Shown here: one piece after another, positions 12,272 through 27,232 of the stretch
How the letters are laid out: each line of letters begins with the position of its first letter
How positions within the stretch are numbered: position 1 is the first letter of the stretch
Assembly: GCA_009103225.1 (NCBI GenBank)
Contig: RHPI01001715.1
Span: 834,011-898,010 of the forward strand
DNA: 64,000 nucleotides
Direction: 5' to 3'
Source of the DNA: Chlorokybus atmophyticus
Taxonomy: Eukaryota > Plantae > Mesostigma and Chlorokybus algae
Notes under the pieces: generated by a model
Databases searched by the model: none
What the model was told of the DNA's origin: nothing
The model's input: only the letters and a program-made list of their open reading frames with translations
Program-made: the position numbers and the translations under genes

Positions 12272-14511
12272 TCATCTCTGTTCTCGTGTATGGCAACAAT
12301 GCAGTTCACCCGGCACTTCTTGCACTGAGGCACTATGCATTGGGAGTGCCTGAAACACTCCACTTGCTGCAGCTAACAGCCTGTTTTCACTTGGCTTCAC
12401 TGCGCCTCGCTGCAACCTTTGCATGGTAAGTACTCTGCAGCACGCAATTGAGTCAAATAAGACAGCGGCTCTAAGCATGCCGCGTCTCACGGCAGTGTTT
12501 GCCCAGCCCACTGTTGTGATGCTTGTCATGCAGCTCACCGGACAGATCTCTTCTGGTTGGGCTCGCACGGTTGAACATAAACTTGATGGACGCAAAAATG
12601 CCGCCGTGCAGATTTGAAAAACCTATTTTCAGCCTGCAGCAGCCGGACTTCAGGCAATGGTTAACTCAGCATGTTGCGTTGTACTAACGACAGGCAGTCC
12701 TGCACCGAGAAAGCGCCATCTTGTCATTCATCGAATGACAATACTGACAACTGACGATGCTGCTGCACGCAAGTGATTGGTGAAAGCTGTTACCTTCCAT
12801 CGCCGGAGGTGTGCCATAACCACCACAGTAGTGGATGAGCATGCTTGAAGAAGGGTTGACAGCAGTGGTGCAAACAAATGTTCCCTGCAAGGCACAAAGC
12901 TCTTAGTGCCTTGTGTGTATACATATAGACTCAACTAACGCTGTGACAATTAGCAGACAGATGTGACACTATTACGCTATCCCGACTGCATATCCGTGCC
13001 CACCTGTACACAACGTCTGCAGCCAACACAACATCCCATTCAGCAACGCTGTCACACCTGCATGGTCCACATGGTTGAGCTGTCACAATGCCATTGCAAG
13101 ACACTTGTCACCATGACTTGTGCTGCTACTTGCCCCAAGTCTGCTGCTGTTGGCGCGTTCGCTTCACCCCAGGCTGCAGCGGAAGCCACGACAACGCCTC
13201 CCGCACCAGTTACGCCTGAAGCGTTCAGAGCGATGTTGGCACGCAGATGAGGCTGCGAAAGCATGCGGAGGCACCATCGCTTTCAAGTACACGTGCCACT
13301 GGAGAAGTCATAATGTCTCCATCACTGCAAATACTGACACTATTGCACCACCCACCAGCACTTCAGGCAGGTCTGTGAGCATCACGGACGCTCCTCTCAT
13401 TGCCGCAAGCGTTCCCGACAATCCACAACCCGCCCCCAACTCAATAACACGTAAGCCCTGGATGGCAGTTTGGTGTCAGTACGAGTGCAGCAAGCTAGGC
13501 TGGTCTTAGTGCACAATCTTGCAACACATGACAAGGTTCTAAGACCCGCAGTTAGTTGAATTGAGTTGCAGCAAAGCCTGCTGAAACATGAGCGACTGCC
13601 AATGCATGCACTTGTAGTGCAAGGGTGGCACAGGGCGAACCTGCCAGCAGTGAGGTGATGCGGCGTGACACCGATCGATGAAGGTGCAAAGTGCACGCGC
13701 TGCTGGCCAGAGCTGAAACCCTATTCCCTGCGCAGCAGATATTATGTCAGAGAGGCAGCCATATCCTTGCTTGGCTCAAATGAACCAAGCCTGCTGCATT
13801 GCCTTCGCTTCTGTGGCTAGCACAGTCTGGACAGTAACAGCACAAAGATTCAACATCTGCCTACATGCGGCATCAACACAGACATTGCCAACGTCACATG
13901 TTGCATCCAAGCGACACAGCAACATGTGACGAATGCAGGATTTATATTAGCAATGTATAACAACTCGTTGAATCAATAGAACGGACCGCCTGCAACAGTG
14001 TCACGAGACACAACGCCAATACCCTTGGCTCGATAGCGTTCATGGCTTACATATAGGCTGCACTGCTGACTTGTAGAGCCAGTCTAACAGAGCACAGTAT
14101 CAGCTGGCCAGCTACTTAAGACCAGCAGCATTTGTTCACTTGCAGACAAGCACGAACAGACAAGTGCAACGCATTTCCAGTGTCTGGCTACCGAACAGCC
14201 AGCTGGCATTGCCAGCTAGAAGGGAAGGCAATCGCCTGTGGCGGCAGCCTGCATGCATGCGACAATCTGCGTGTGCACATTGCATACACGGCGACAGCAG
14301 GCGCTGAGCAACCCACCTGCCGCACGTCCTGCATGGCGATGACGCTGCTGCAGTCCAAGGCGCTGACATACGCCACCGCGCTGGAGGCGGCTAGCGTGGC
14401 ATTGTCGTTGCCGTCGTCGGCGTCATTGCTTGCCGACGGGACGCCGTCAGCTGCCTCCAGATCAGCGCAGTCCTCCCATCCTTCCCCGAGCAGTTCCCCC
14501 AAATCCTCCAT
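12272..14511 (-). CDS. METTL21-like (Methyltransf_16 family) protein-lysine N-methyltransferase
   Basis: Exons give QGIGFQLWPAA, SAM-binding GLRVIELGAGCGLSG...MLTDLPEVL, PHLRANIALN...AAAWGE, DVVLAADVVYREHLFAPLLSTL...VMAHLRRWKAENRFFK. Acidic N-terminus from ATG 14511; stop at 12272. Confidence 0.88.
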
Positions 14512-15021
14512 TACGCCACAACAGAAGCCCACCGTCCCACCCTCCCACTCCCCACTTCTCCTCCTCCTCGTCGTCGTCCTCCTCCTCCACTGCCGCCACC
14601 GCGACAGCTGCACTGCTCACATAGCTGCGCCAGCGTCACGCAGCATGACGTCCGTGCTGCTGTAAACGCATGACGGGGCCGCAGCGGAAACTTCCGGAAG
14701 CAGAACTTGCAAGCGCGTTGGTGCGTTGCTGAGGGGTGCATTGGTGGTGGGCCTGTGGGCGGTGGTGGCGGTGGTGACGGTGGCAGTGGCCTGTGTAGCA
14801 CACAGTTTGCTTGCTTTCTGCTGGTGTCTTGCCTCTAGACCAAGCCGGAGGCTACAGGGCGTTTTGACCTGCTGGGACAGGAGTAAGTCAGGTTGATAGG
14901 TTAGGCGCACGCAAGGCTTGTGTGTGATCGGTGTTGTGCGTTGGTGTTGGTGTTAGTGTCGGTGTAGGCGTAGTTGTTACATTAAGGCGCTGCGTACTGG
15001 TTTCTGTTGCGTCGAGCGCCA
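14512..15021. promoter_or_regulatory. Probable bidirectional promoter region, METTL21-like / AHA1
   Basis: 510 bp between divergent start codons, GC-rich leaders on both sides. Confidence 0.55.
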
Positions 15022-17330
15022 ATGGCCAAGTACGGGGAGGGAGACTCTAGGTGGATCGTGGAGGACAGAACTGACGGCGCCAACGTGCACGGCTGGCACT
15101 GGGCGGAGCGGGACTGTCTGGAATGGAGTCGCCAGCGCCTTACAGAGCTGCTCGGCTCCCTCACCATGCTGCAGGCACGTCACAATCTAATTGGCGTTAA
15201 CCTTTCCCTACGACTACTTTGATTAGATTGGATAACCTCATTCCATGCACACTTTGAAATTACATCTGATGTGTGAAGTCTCAAACTTGGTGTACATTGT
15301 TGCACAATTCGTCCGCTCAACGCTCCTCAGCCTGTTTGCCCTGCTGTGACCATTCCATCATGCATTGCATGCTGCATTCAGCACATGCACAACGCCCTAG
15401 GCAACCGTGAGATGCCTTGCACAACACCACTTTCTTTTTCTGTGCATGATGCGCATTGCAACAGACATGCTGCGGTCACATGTATCAACAACACGCGCTC
15501 ATCCTTACTTCTTGCTCCATGTCTACTCAGCACGATCTTTTGGCATAGGGTCCAGCAATTTGTCTTGCGAGGAGATGAGCTGTGAAGCTGGCAATGCTGT
15601 ACGACGCAATATGGCTTGACAAAACATAAACCATGGTGTTCGTACGCAGCATTGACCTTTTTAGGTCGTCTGTGACTGTGAGCGCACGTGCATGCATGAG
15701 CGCAGTCAAACAACCAGTACGCAAATGCGTGTAGCATACCTTCAATTAGTACAGAGCATGGTCTCAAAAACATCCTATCATGCTTAGGGCGAGGGGGCCT
15801 GCTGGGCGCAGACAAAAGGCATTGACAAGGTTGATGGCGAGGCGTACCTCAATCAGCGCAAGGGCAAGATTATACCCGGCTACGAGCTGCATGTCACTGT
15901 GCCCTGGCAAGGACAACTCAAAGATGGCAGCGGCAACGTGGTGGCCTCTGTCAATGGCCAGGTGCAAACTTGTGTACTACTGCTCTGTTAAAGCATCGCA
16001 TTTCTATGCCAGTTGAAGGTAACGTCTCTAAATTGCTGTTGCGCAGATCCATTTGCCATACATTGCAGACGAGAATGCTGATGAGGATCCAGAAGTAAAG
16101 GTGTCGGTTGACGGGAACAGCCCTGCACATGAAAGGCTACGGGAAGCTGTTCTCAATAAAGGTGGGACATCTTGCTTTGCGATATTGTCATGAACTTATT
16201 TATGTTGCTCTTTCCTGTTTACAGCACGTGTAAATAAACTGTGTTGTACGAGACAAGTACCTGCGTCAATGGGTTTGCACCCATTGCAATAGTAGAGTGT
16301 TGTCTCCCACAACAGGGAAAGCCATGATTATTACTGGGGTGGACAAGTTCAGGAAGGAGCTCGCTGCTGGTGGGCCTGCTTTAAGTGGAGAGGTGGGCCC
16401 ACTGTTATTTTTCCATTTTACTCTACATCTGCACCTTTGCCGGCGATACTCTTTACTCACAGCTTTAGCGTCAACCAGGCGGAGGCTGCAGAGAAGAAAA
16501 GCAAGGAGCGAGCAGCAGAGAAGGCGAAACTTGAAGCTGTGACTGCAGCGGAACGACAGCGAAAAGCCGCAGCGTCGGGCAAGTTCACCATCACCATGAC
16601 AGAGAAGTGAGTTGTACCTTGTCGGTTGTTATTATTCTTAACAACTTTGCACAAGCATGTGTGTTACTGAACGCGCATGGTGTGGCAGGTTTTATGCCCG
16701 GCCGCATGACATCTTTGAGGCACTGATGGATGAGAAGCTTGTCATGAAGTACACGCAGTCAAAAGCAACCATCTCCCGAGAAGTTGGAGGCACTTTCTCA
16801 ATGTTCGATGGTGCTCTAACCGGCATGAACATCGCTATCTCGCCGGACAAGCACATATCACAGAAATGGCGCTTCAACAACTGGCCCGAGGATGTGTACT
16901 CGACGGTACGCATGCCATTATATTCGATGCCAAAAGCGCCATCGTACAGGCACCCACCTGGCTGCTGGACTGGCCAACGGACAGTTCAATTCAACTCTGT
17001 GTTCTCTCCACAGGTGGACATCATCCTGAGTGAGCCCGAGCATGGCACCACCATAGCAAAGCTGATACAGACTGATGTCCCAGGCCAGGATAGGTGAGTA
17101 ATGACAGCATGTCGGTTGATTACATTGTGATGCATGAAGGCATTGGGTTGCCAAGCATTGTGTTGTACAGCAAGTTTCTTTACAATTTCGTGAAGCTGGC
17201 TAACAGGCAGCAATTGTTTGAATTTCCTGTGAGCAGGTTTGGAAACGAATCTGTTGTGGAGGTCACTGAGCGCGGTTGGCGTGACAACATCTGGAGGCGT
17301 CTGAGAATGGTGTTGGGTTATGGTGTTTGA
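15022..17330 (+). CDS. AHA1: Activator of Hsp90 ATPase (Aha1), N- and C-terminal domains
   Basis: MAKYGEGDSRWIVEDRTDGANVHGWHWAERDC, EAYLNQRKGKIIPGYEL, IHLPYIADENADEDPE, FSMFDGALTG...QKWRFNNWPED, FGNESVVEVTERGWRDNIW...GYGV*. Confidence 0.95.
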
Positions 17331-17450
17331 ATTGTAGAGGGCAACCACAGTGGTGCAAGATGGTCCACTCGGACTTGTGCTTGCTCTGTGCGGAAACAAT
17401 CACAGATGCCTGTTGACGCCTTTGATCATCCCCCCTCCCCCCCCCCGCCC

Positions 17451-17786
17451 NNNNNNNNNNNNNNNNNNNNNNNNNNNNNNNNNNNNNNNNNNNNNNNNNN
17501 NNNNNNNNNNNNNNNNNNNNNNNNNNNNNNNNNNNNNNNNNNNNNNNNNNNNNNNNNNNNNNNNNNNNNNNNNNNNNNNNNNNNNNNNNNNNNNNNNNNN
17601 NNNNNNNNNNNNNNNNNNNNNNNNNNNNNNNNNNNNNNNNNNNNNNNNNNNNNNNNNNNNNNNNNNNNNNNNNNNNNNNNNNNNNNNNNNNNNNNNNNNN
17701 NNNNNNNNNNNNNNNNNNNNNNNNNNNNNNNNNNNNNNNNNNNNNNNNNNNNNNNNNNNNNNNNNNNNNNNNNNNNNNNNNNNNNN
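17451..17786. other. Assembly gap (N run)
   Basis: Run of N just 3' of AHA1, bounded by C-rich sequence. Confidence 1.
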
Positions 17787-19101
17787 CCGCGCGCACGCGC
17801 GCCCGCACGGGCCGCTTCCTCGAGGTGCATGTGAGTGGTAGCCTGGTGAAGGAGGTGTGATGCAATGGGGAACGGGAGCAACCACAGCGCGTATGCTAAT
17901 GCACTTTGGGTTGAAGTACAAGTCGTGTGAGATATGGGAACTTGCTGCAATTGTGATTGTGAATAATGAACGCTCTATTACAATTGAAAACCACAATGTC
18001 TGACAGTACGAAACCCATAGCGCACATCACAACACAATTAACACATGCAAGTCGACGACAACTACAACGCTATAAACAGCACAGCAACAATAGCATGCAG
18101 CCAGCACCGCTCTACACTTGATTGACTTCGGTCGTCGCTGAAGTTGGCAGTGCGAAGTCCCTGGGGGAGGTTGTCGTAAAGGTTGCAAATCATCCGATTG
18201 TAGTAAAAGGAAATCAATGCACATGCGGTTATGTTTAGGTGTAATCACGCTTTGCGAATGAGAGTGAGGCGGTTGGCGAACATGCAAGCCGCAGGGTACT
18301 ACGCCCATGTATAGGTTGTTTTGTAGTTAGTTGCACTTTAAACAGCTACATGATGTAAAAAGCACAACATGTGGCAATGGCATGTGAGCGTGCGCGACAA
18401 AAAACATAAGTCCTTGGCCGAGAATCCACTGCTACTGTAATTTTTATGTAACCCCATAGTTAGGGGGCATTGTATGTACGAGTAGGGGGCATAGCACATA
18501 ACACACAAAAGTTGCTGTAAAGCAAGCTGAAAGAGTGGTTATAATGCATATGCAACCATGGCAACAAGATAACAACCAGCAAACAACAAACAAGCGATTT
18601 GAGTGGGGGCCAAGACCAAGTTCAATGCTAGGACTGCAACTTGGGACCTAGCGACCCTCAAGCAGCAAAAGAGTCTTTGCGGGTGCAAGGGCATGGAGAT
18701 AACAAGTGTGAGAACATTTGCAGAGCGCATGAAGAGGCAGGCGCCTGCCTCTTTCTGCGCTTTGCAAATGGTTTCCCTTTGCGCAGAGGGAAAGGCTAGG
18801 CTCGGGTAGAGGAGGCGGCAGCATGCACGACAACGACTTGACGACGACAACTAGACGACACTAACAACAAATGCTTGGCCCCGCCCTAGCCGCCGCCTCA
18901 ACCGTGCGGGTCTATTATAATTGCCATGCAGTTGGGGCTACATCGCTTGGTGCTGCATACCTTGCAGCGAATTTCAGCACAGCCATGGCAGTTGTGAGTC
19001 AACATGAATATACATCCAAACAGTGTGCCCCCCTTTACAATCCCGGGAAGAGGGGGGATTGCAATAGGGGGGGCATTGTGAACGGGTGATTACGATAGTT
19101 C

Positions 19102-19322
<221 letters not shown>

Positions 19323-20399
19323 NATAATCTTAAAAACTACCAAAACACATGATGATTGAATTTCTTCCAGGCTTGGTTAATAACACTACAACAGCTTTAT
19401 TAATATTGTTTCTTGATCTTCTTATCAGAAACATGTAGGCTTTATTGCACTCCATTTTGGTAAACGCGTATGATGTAAACATGGATATAATTTTGATACT
19501 CAGATGGTTGCGTGCAGAATTGAAGATAATGAATAACGCCATGTGTGCAGTGATAGCGGTGCAACATTTTACTACTTGCAGCGAAAAGTGCTTGCCTCCA
19601 GATGCAACTAGCAATTACTGTCAAATCCCCAATTTATTTTTTATATAGTTGTATAACATTGTTTGATGAAGAATTAGGATCGGTGAGACTCGACACTTAA
19701 TAAACCTTCTTGATATGTGTAACACCAGCAAGTAATATTTCAACCCTTAACACATTAATGATACTGTTAATGTTGACTACATAAAAGGTTAATACCATTA
19801 TAATATGCACATGTTAAAAATTACATACACATTATTAAAGTAATAAACTTGCTTAACGTCCTTTAACACGTATTGACCACTTCTATAGATATTATGACAA
19901 ATAATGCGATTACTGACGATTTAATTGAAAATAACTCGTCAATACGGACTATTTTTCATTGTGGAAGTCCCCGCCAATTGCTTTAATTTAGCAGAAATTG
20001 GCAGGTTTCACCAATCTCAAAAATGGGACCCCTCTGATGAAACTTAGCAAAACCGCCGGCGAGACCAGCAAAGACCGCAAGGACCACCGCTACTATTGCA
20101 TGTGTGCGTGACACATACAATCATTGTACTTGTCTTACATGATTATAGACTCTATAATCATGGTGGTTGCAATTGTATTTGTCTCAGTGTTAGCAATCGG
20201 TATCATCATGTATTGAAATGATAATATCGAGAAGGATTACTTGTATAAACTTGCGAATTATTATAGATCATGCAGTAGCCATGCTTGTGAACACACCGTA
20301 TTCGCAATCATGCACTGACATCAAGAACACATGCGCATTAACATGCACACGCAAGCACATGCTACCGCAACTGCGTAGTATATGGTGTAAATTTCACTC

Positions 20400-21114
20400 A
20401 TGAGGTTCATCCAACCATTTCGTGATCGCAGTTACGTGCTTGAGGCCGAGCATGCAACTATCGGTGATGCAAATTATGTACTTGATAACATGCGGCTCGC
20501 CGTTGACAATGTGTATAGCTTGAGTTGTTTGATGAATAGCCTTCCACGTGTATAGCTTGTGGAAGAACGGACAGAACTATGAGTGGCACAATGCTTTCAT
20601 TTTTAATGCTATTCTAAACATGAGCGTCATGGCCTATGATTCATGGGACGATAGGAAACATTTCTCAGCGCAGGCGCGCGGCTACCGGGAGTTTGCTAGA
20701 GGTATGAACTTGAGCGCTTGATTGTTTTGGCATGTATTGTACTTGTGGATTCTTACCATGCTTTGCATGCAGACATTGGCACATGATGATGCATGCCCGC
20801 ATTAAAGTATGGTGGCCATTCGACAACTTACAATGTTGCGCAACAATAGCACTCTTAAAGCAACCTCTAATGCAGGGCGCTCACCATCTCAGTCTAATCA
20901 CCAAGCACTTGGAGACATAGAGGTTACAAACCCTAGCTGTAGTGCAAGTGTGGGAATGCCCCGGCTGGCGGAATCATTGCGCAACATTGTAAGTTGTCGA
21001 ATGGCCACCATCACCATCCATACCCCATTCAGCTGGTGGGGAGCGCAACTTGTTGAACTCCAGTGTGTGGTCAAATGTGTGGAGCAAGCAGCGTGGTGCA
21101 TTGCTGGTTGGTAG
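20400..21114 (+). mobile_element. Possible degenerate hAT-type transposase remnant
   Basis: Broken frames read MRFIQPFRDRSYVLEAEHATIGDANYVLDNMRLAV, WHNAFIFNAILN and HTPFSWWGAQLVELQCVVK. These loosely resemble the hAT catalytic region and the P..WW...ELQ dimerisation motif. Multiple stops; similarity judged by eye only. Confidence 0.35.
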
Positions 21115-22394
21115 GGCGGCAATGTTAGTGTAAATTTATTTCAACCATGGCAGCGTGTGCCAACTCGTCACTGTGCCATTGCAACCGCTCAATCTTAAGA
21201 GTATTTTTTGGGCTACTTGACACAGCTGCTTGCATTCACCGTCGATTAACTTGACAACTTACCAGCCCCACAGACCATTATAGCTCTTTTCATGGAAATA
21301 GCTCCTTTGGTACAGCTCTGGGCTAGTGACATTGACATGCATGGCTTGATGAACATGTATAGTGCTTTGCAGAAAGTGTGTAAGCACGGTGGTGTCACAT
21401 TGGTCGTATTCAACGATAACATAGACATCAAACGCACGCATGCACTTCATGCACATGCATACACGCGCACGCACACGCACGTGCACTGCACATTATCCAA
21501 AACTTGTTGTTTACTAACATGCATTTACTTCATGCATATTGCAGCACATAAAGACTACTTGCTTGTATGCCTAAGCCAAAATATCATTATATGTAGTGTT
21601 AACTGTAATATGCTCGGGAAAATGGCACATTGGGCAATGTAAGTTACACGTCACGGCAGATAATAATTTTCCTATCATTACTGAGGGTATTGGAGAGGCA
21701 CAGATTACACATGTACGCAGCTAACGATACAACACATTGAAAGGATAGGGGAGTACTTGCATAGCTGAAATAACAAGTTTTATCGCGTACATAAATATTT
21801 CATGAAAGGGCCTTGCTCTTACAAATTGTGGCATTCGTATGTCACATGAGACGATTTATGTAACAAGTACGTTTCCTATACAATTGGAAGCTTTATCTTC
21901 ATAAATATATAACATGCTTTCAACTGCATGCCTGGTACACGTTTACATATATAATAATATAATGATAACATGACCAAGAAACCCGCCGCGAGCCACTGAC
22001 TTCACAAACTGGCGCCGCCAATCTGGCCACAAACTCCAGAACCCTGTCGCAACGACACCGCCGATACCGCTGGTACGACGCGTCCCCTCTCATGCCCGCA
22101 GCCATCATCACTTTCTGGTACCTCACATCCCCACCATGAGAGAATGTCACAGATGTGCCTTTCAGATCTGGGACACCCCCCCCCCTGGCTGACGTGGCCA
22201 CCCGATTGAACGCCACTCCGTCACATGTCACTGAGCGCCAATAAACTGATGCAACCAAGTGGCCACGTCTCGAGCTGCATGCATGCACAATGCTCCGCCA
22301 CAAACAAGGAATGCAAGGAGGTCTGCAAGGTGGAGGAGGGTAAGGAGGAGGTGGAGGAGGAGGAGGAGGAGGTGGGTGGTAGGGTTGAGCGAGG

Positions 22395-25680
<3,286 letters not shown>

Positions 25681-26289
25681 AAATAGAGTGGTGGTCAACA
25701 CGTACACACACTCTCATCTACACGCACTCACTGTGTGCTTGTGCATTCCAGTGTCGATGTACATAAACTTGGCAGCGTCGTCATTGATACATGGCATGTT
25801 GTATGCATATGTCGCTCACTGTGTAGCTGTATTCATGTTATTATGTAGGGATAGATGTGATTTTTACACCGTGCTTGCGGTTCTTGTGCAGTTGTCATGG
25901 TTACGGCTGTTTAGTAGCTAGTGTTGTCTAGGTAAACATATTGTAGCAGGAGAGGGTGTATGTGTTATGCGTTAAAAAATGGATTTTACGGCTTAAACTT
26001 GCTATGTTCTGATACTTCAGTCAAGCTTTAATTTTGACAGTGTACATACAGGCCAATATCATCGCCAGTGAAGATTGTGTTTAATTAGCACCACCAGCGC
26101 ACACACACAAAACTGCATAGAACACGTTGCTGTGTGGTGAACACCTACACCTTTCACGCGTGGAATTACACAACCAACGGACACATTTTCTTGCAATGCT
26201 TTTGCTGATTGGTGCACATATTACTTGCACTGAGAATATTGTCTTTATTACCAAGATTGTATACGCCAGAGTTATGGGATAGCTCAATG

Positions 26290-27150
26290 GGTGTGCATAC
26301 AAATTGACACAACCACAACAACTACATAAATAACCCCTCCCCNNNNNNNNNNNNNNNNNNNNNNNNNNNNNNNNNNNNNNNNNNNNNNNNNNNNNNNNNN
26401 NNNNNNNNNNNNNNNNNNNNNNNNNNNNNNNNNNNNNNNNNNNNNNNNNNNNNNNNNNNNNNNNNNNNNNNNNNNNNNNNNNNNNNNNNNNNNNNNNNNN
26501 NNNNNNNNNNNNNNNNNNNNNNNNNNNNNNNNNNNNNNNNNNNNNNNNNNNNNNNNNNNNNNNNNNNNNNNNNNNNNNAGACTTACAACGGTCCGTGCCC
26601 CCCCTATACAGTTGGTTACCTTTTTGAGTCGACACAGTCGCACACATTCACTAGAACATGCGCTAACAATCAATGTAGTCTCCGATAAGCTAATATTATA
26701 AGACCTGTTGTGTACAAAAGAAGTAAGAGGCAATTGTGTGGACAATAGTTAGTATAACAAGTTCACATATGATAGTTGGCGAGAATCACATTACCAATGG
26801 TGTTACATTCCACATCAACCCTACTGTACACGCATGCAAGTTGACGCAACCAACAATTACTGCGCAATGTAACCAGTCCCCCTCCCCCCCCCATGTACAG
26901 TTGTTTGCCTTTTTTTGTGTACACACAGTCGCATTCGTTAGAACATGCACTAACAATCGATGCAGTCTCCAATAAGCTGATATCATAAGACCTGTTGTGT
27001 ACAAAAGATGCAAGATGCAATTGTGTGGACACAAGTCAAGTACAACAAGTGCACATATGATTGTTGGCGAGAATCACAGTGCCCATGGTGTTACATTTCA
27101 CAACAACCCTACTGTACACCTAGTAATGTTAACGACTACAGACACAAAAA
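26290..27150. repeat. Diverged ~289-bp direct tandem repeat (two visible units, probably a third across the gap)
   Basis: TACAGTTG at 26607 and 26896, CCCTACTGTACAC at 26819 and 27107, plus shared AAGACCTGTTGTGTACAAAAGA and GTTGGCGAGAATCACA. Units are separated by poly-C. Confidence 0.85.
26343..26578. other. Assembly gap (N run)
   Basis: Run of N following a C tract. Confidence 1.
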
Positions 27151-27232
27151 CCACAACTGACCAACCGCTGCCCAGCAGACATGTGCATCGGACACCGCTT
27201 AAATGCAGTAAGCAACAAGCAGCCAGACCTAC

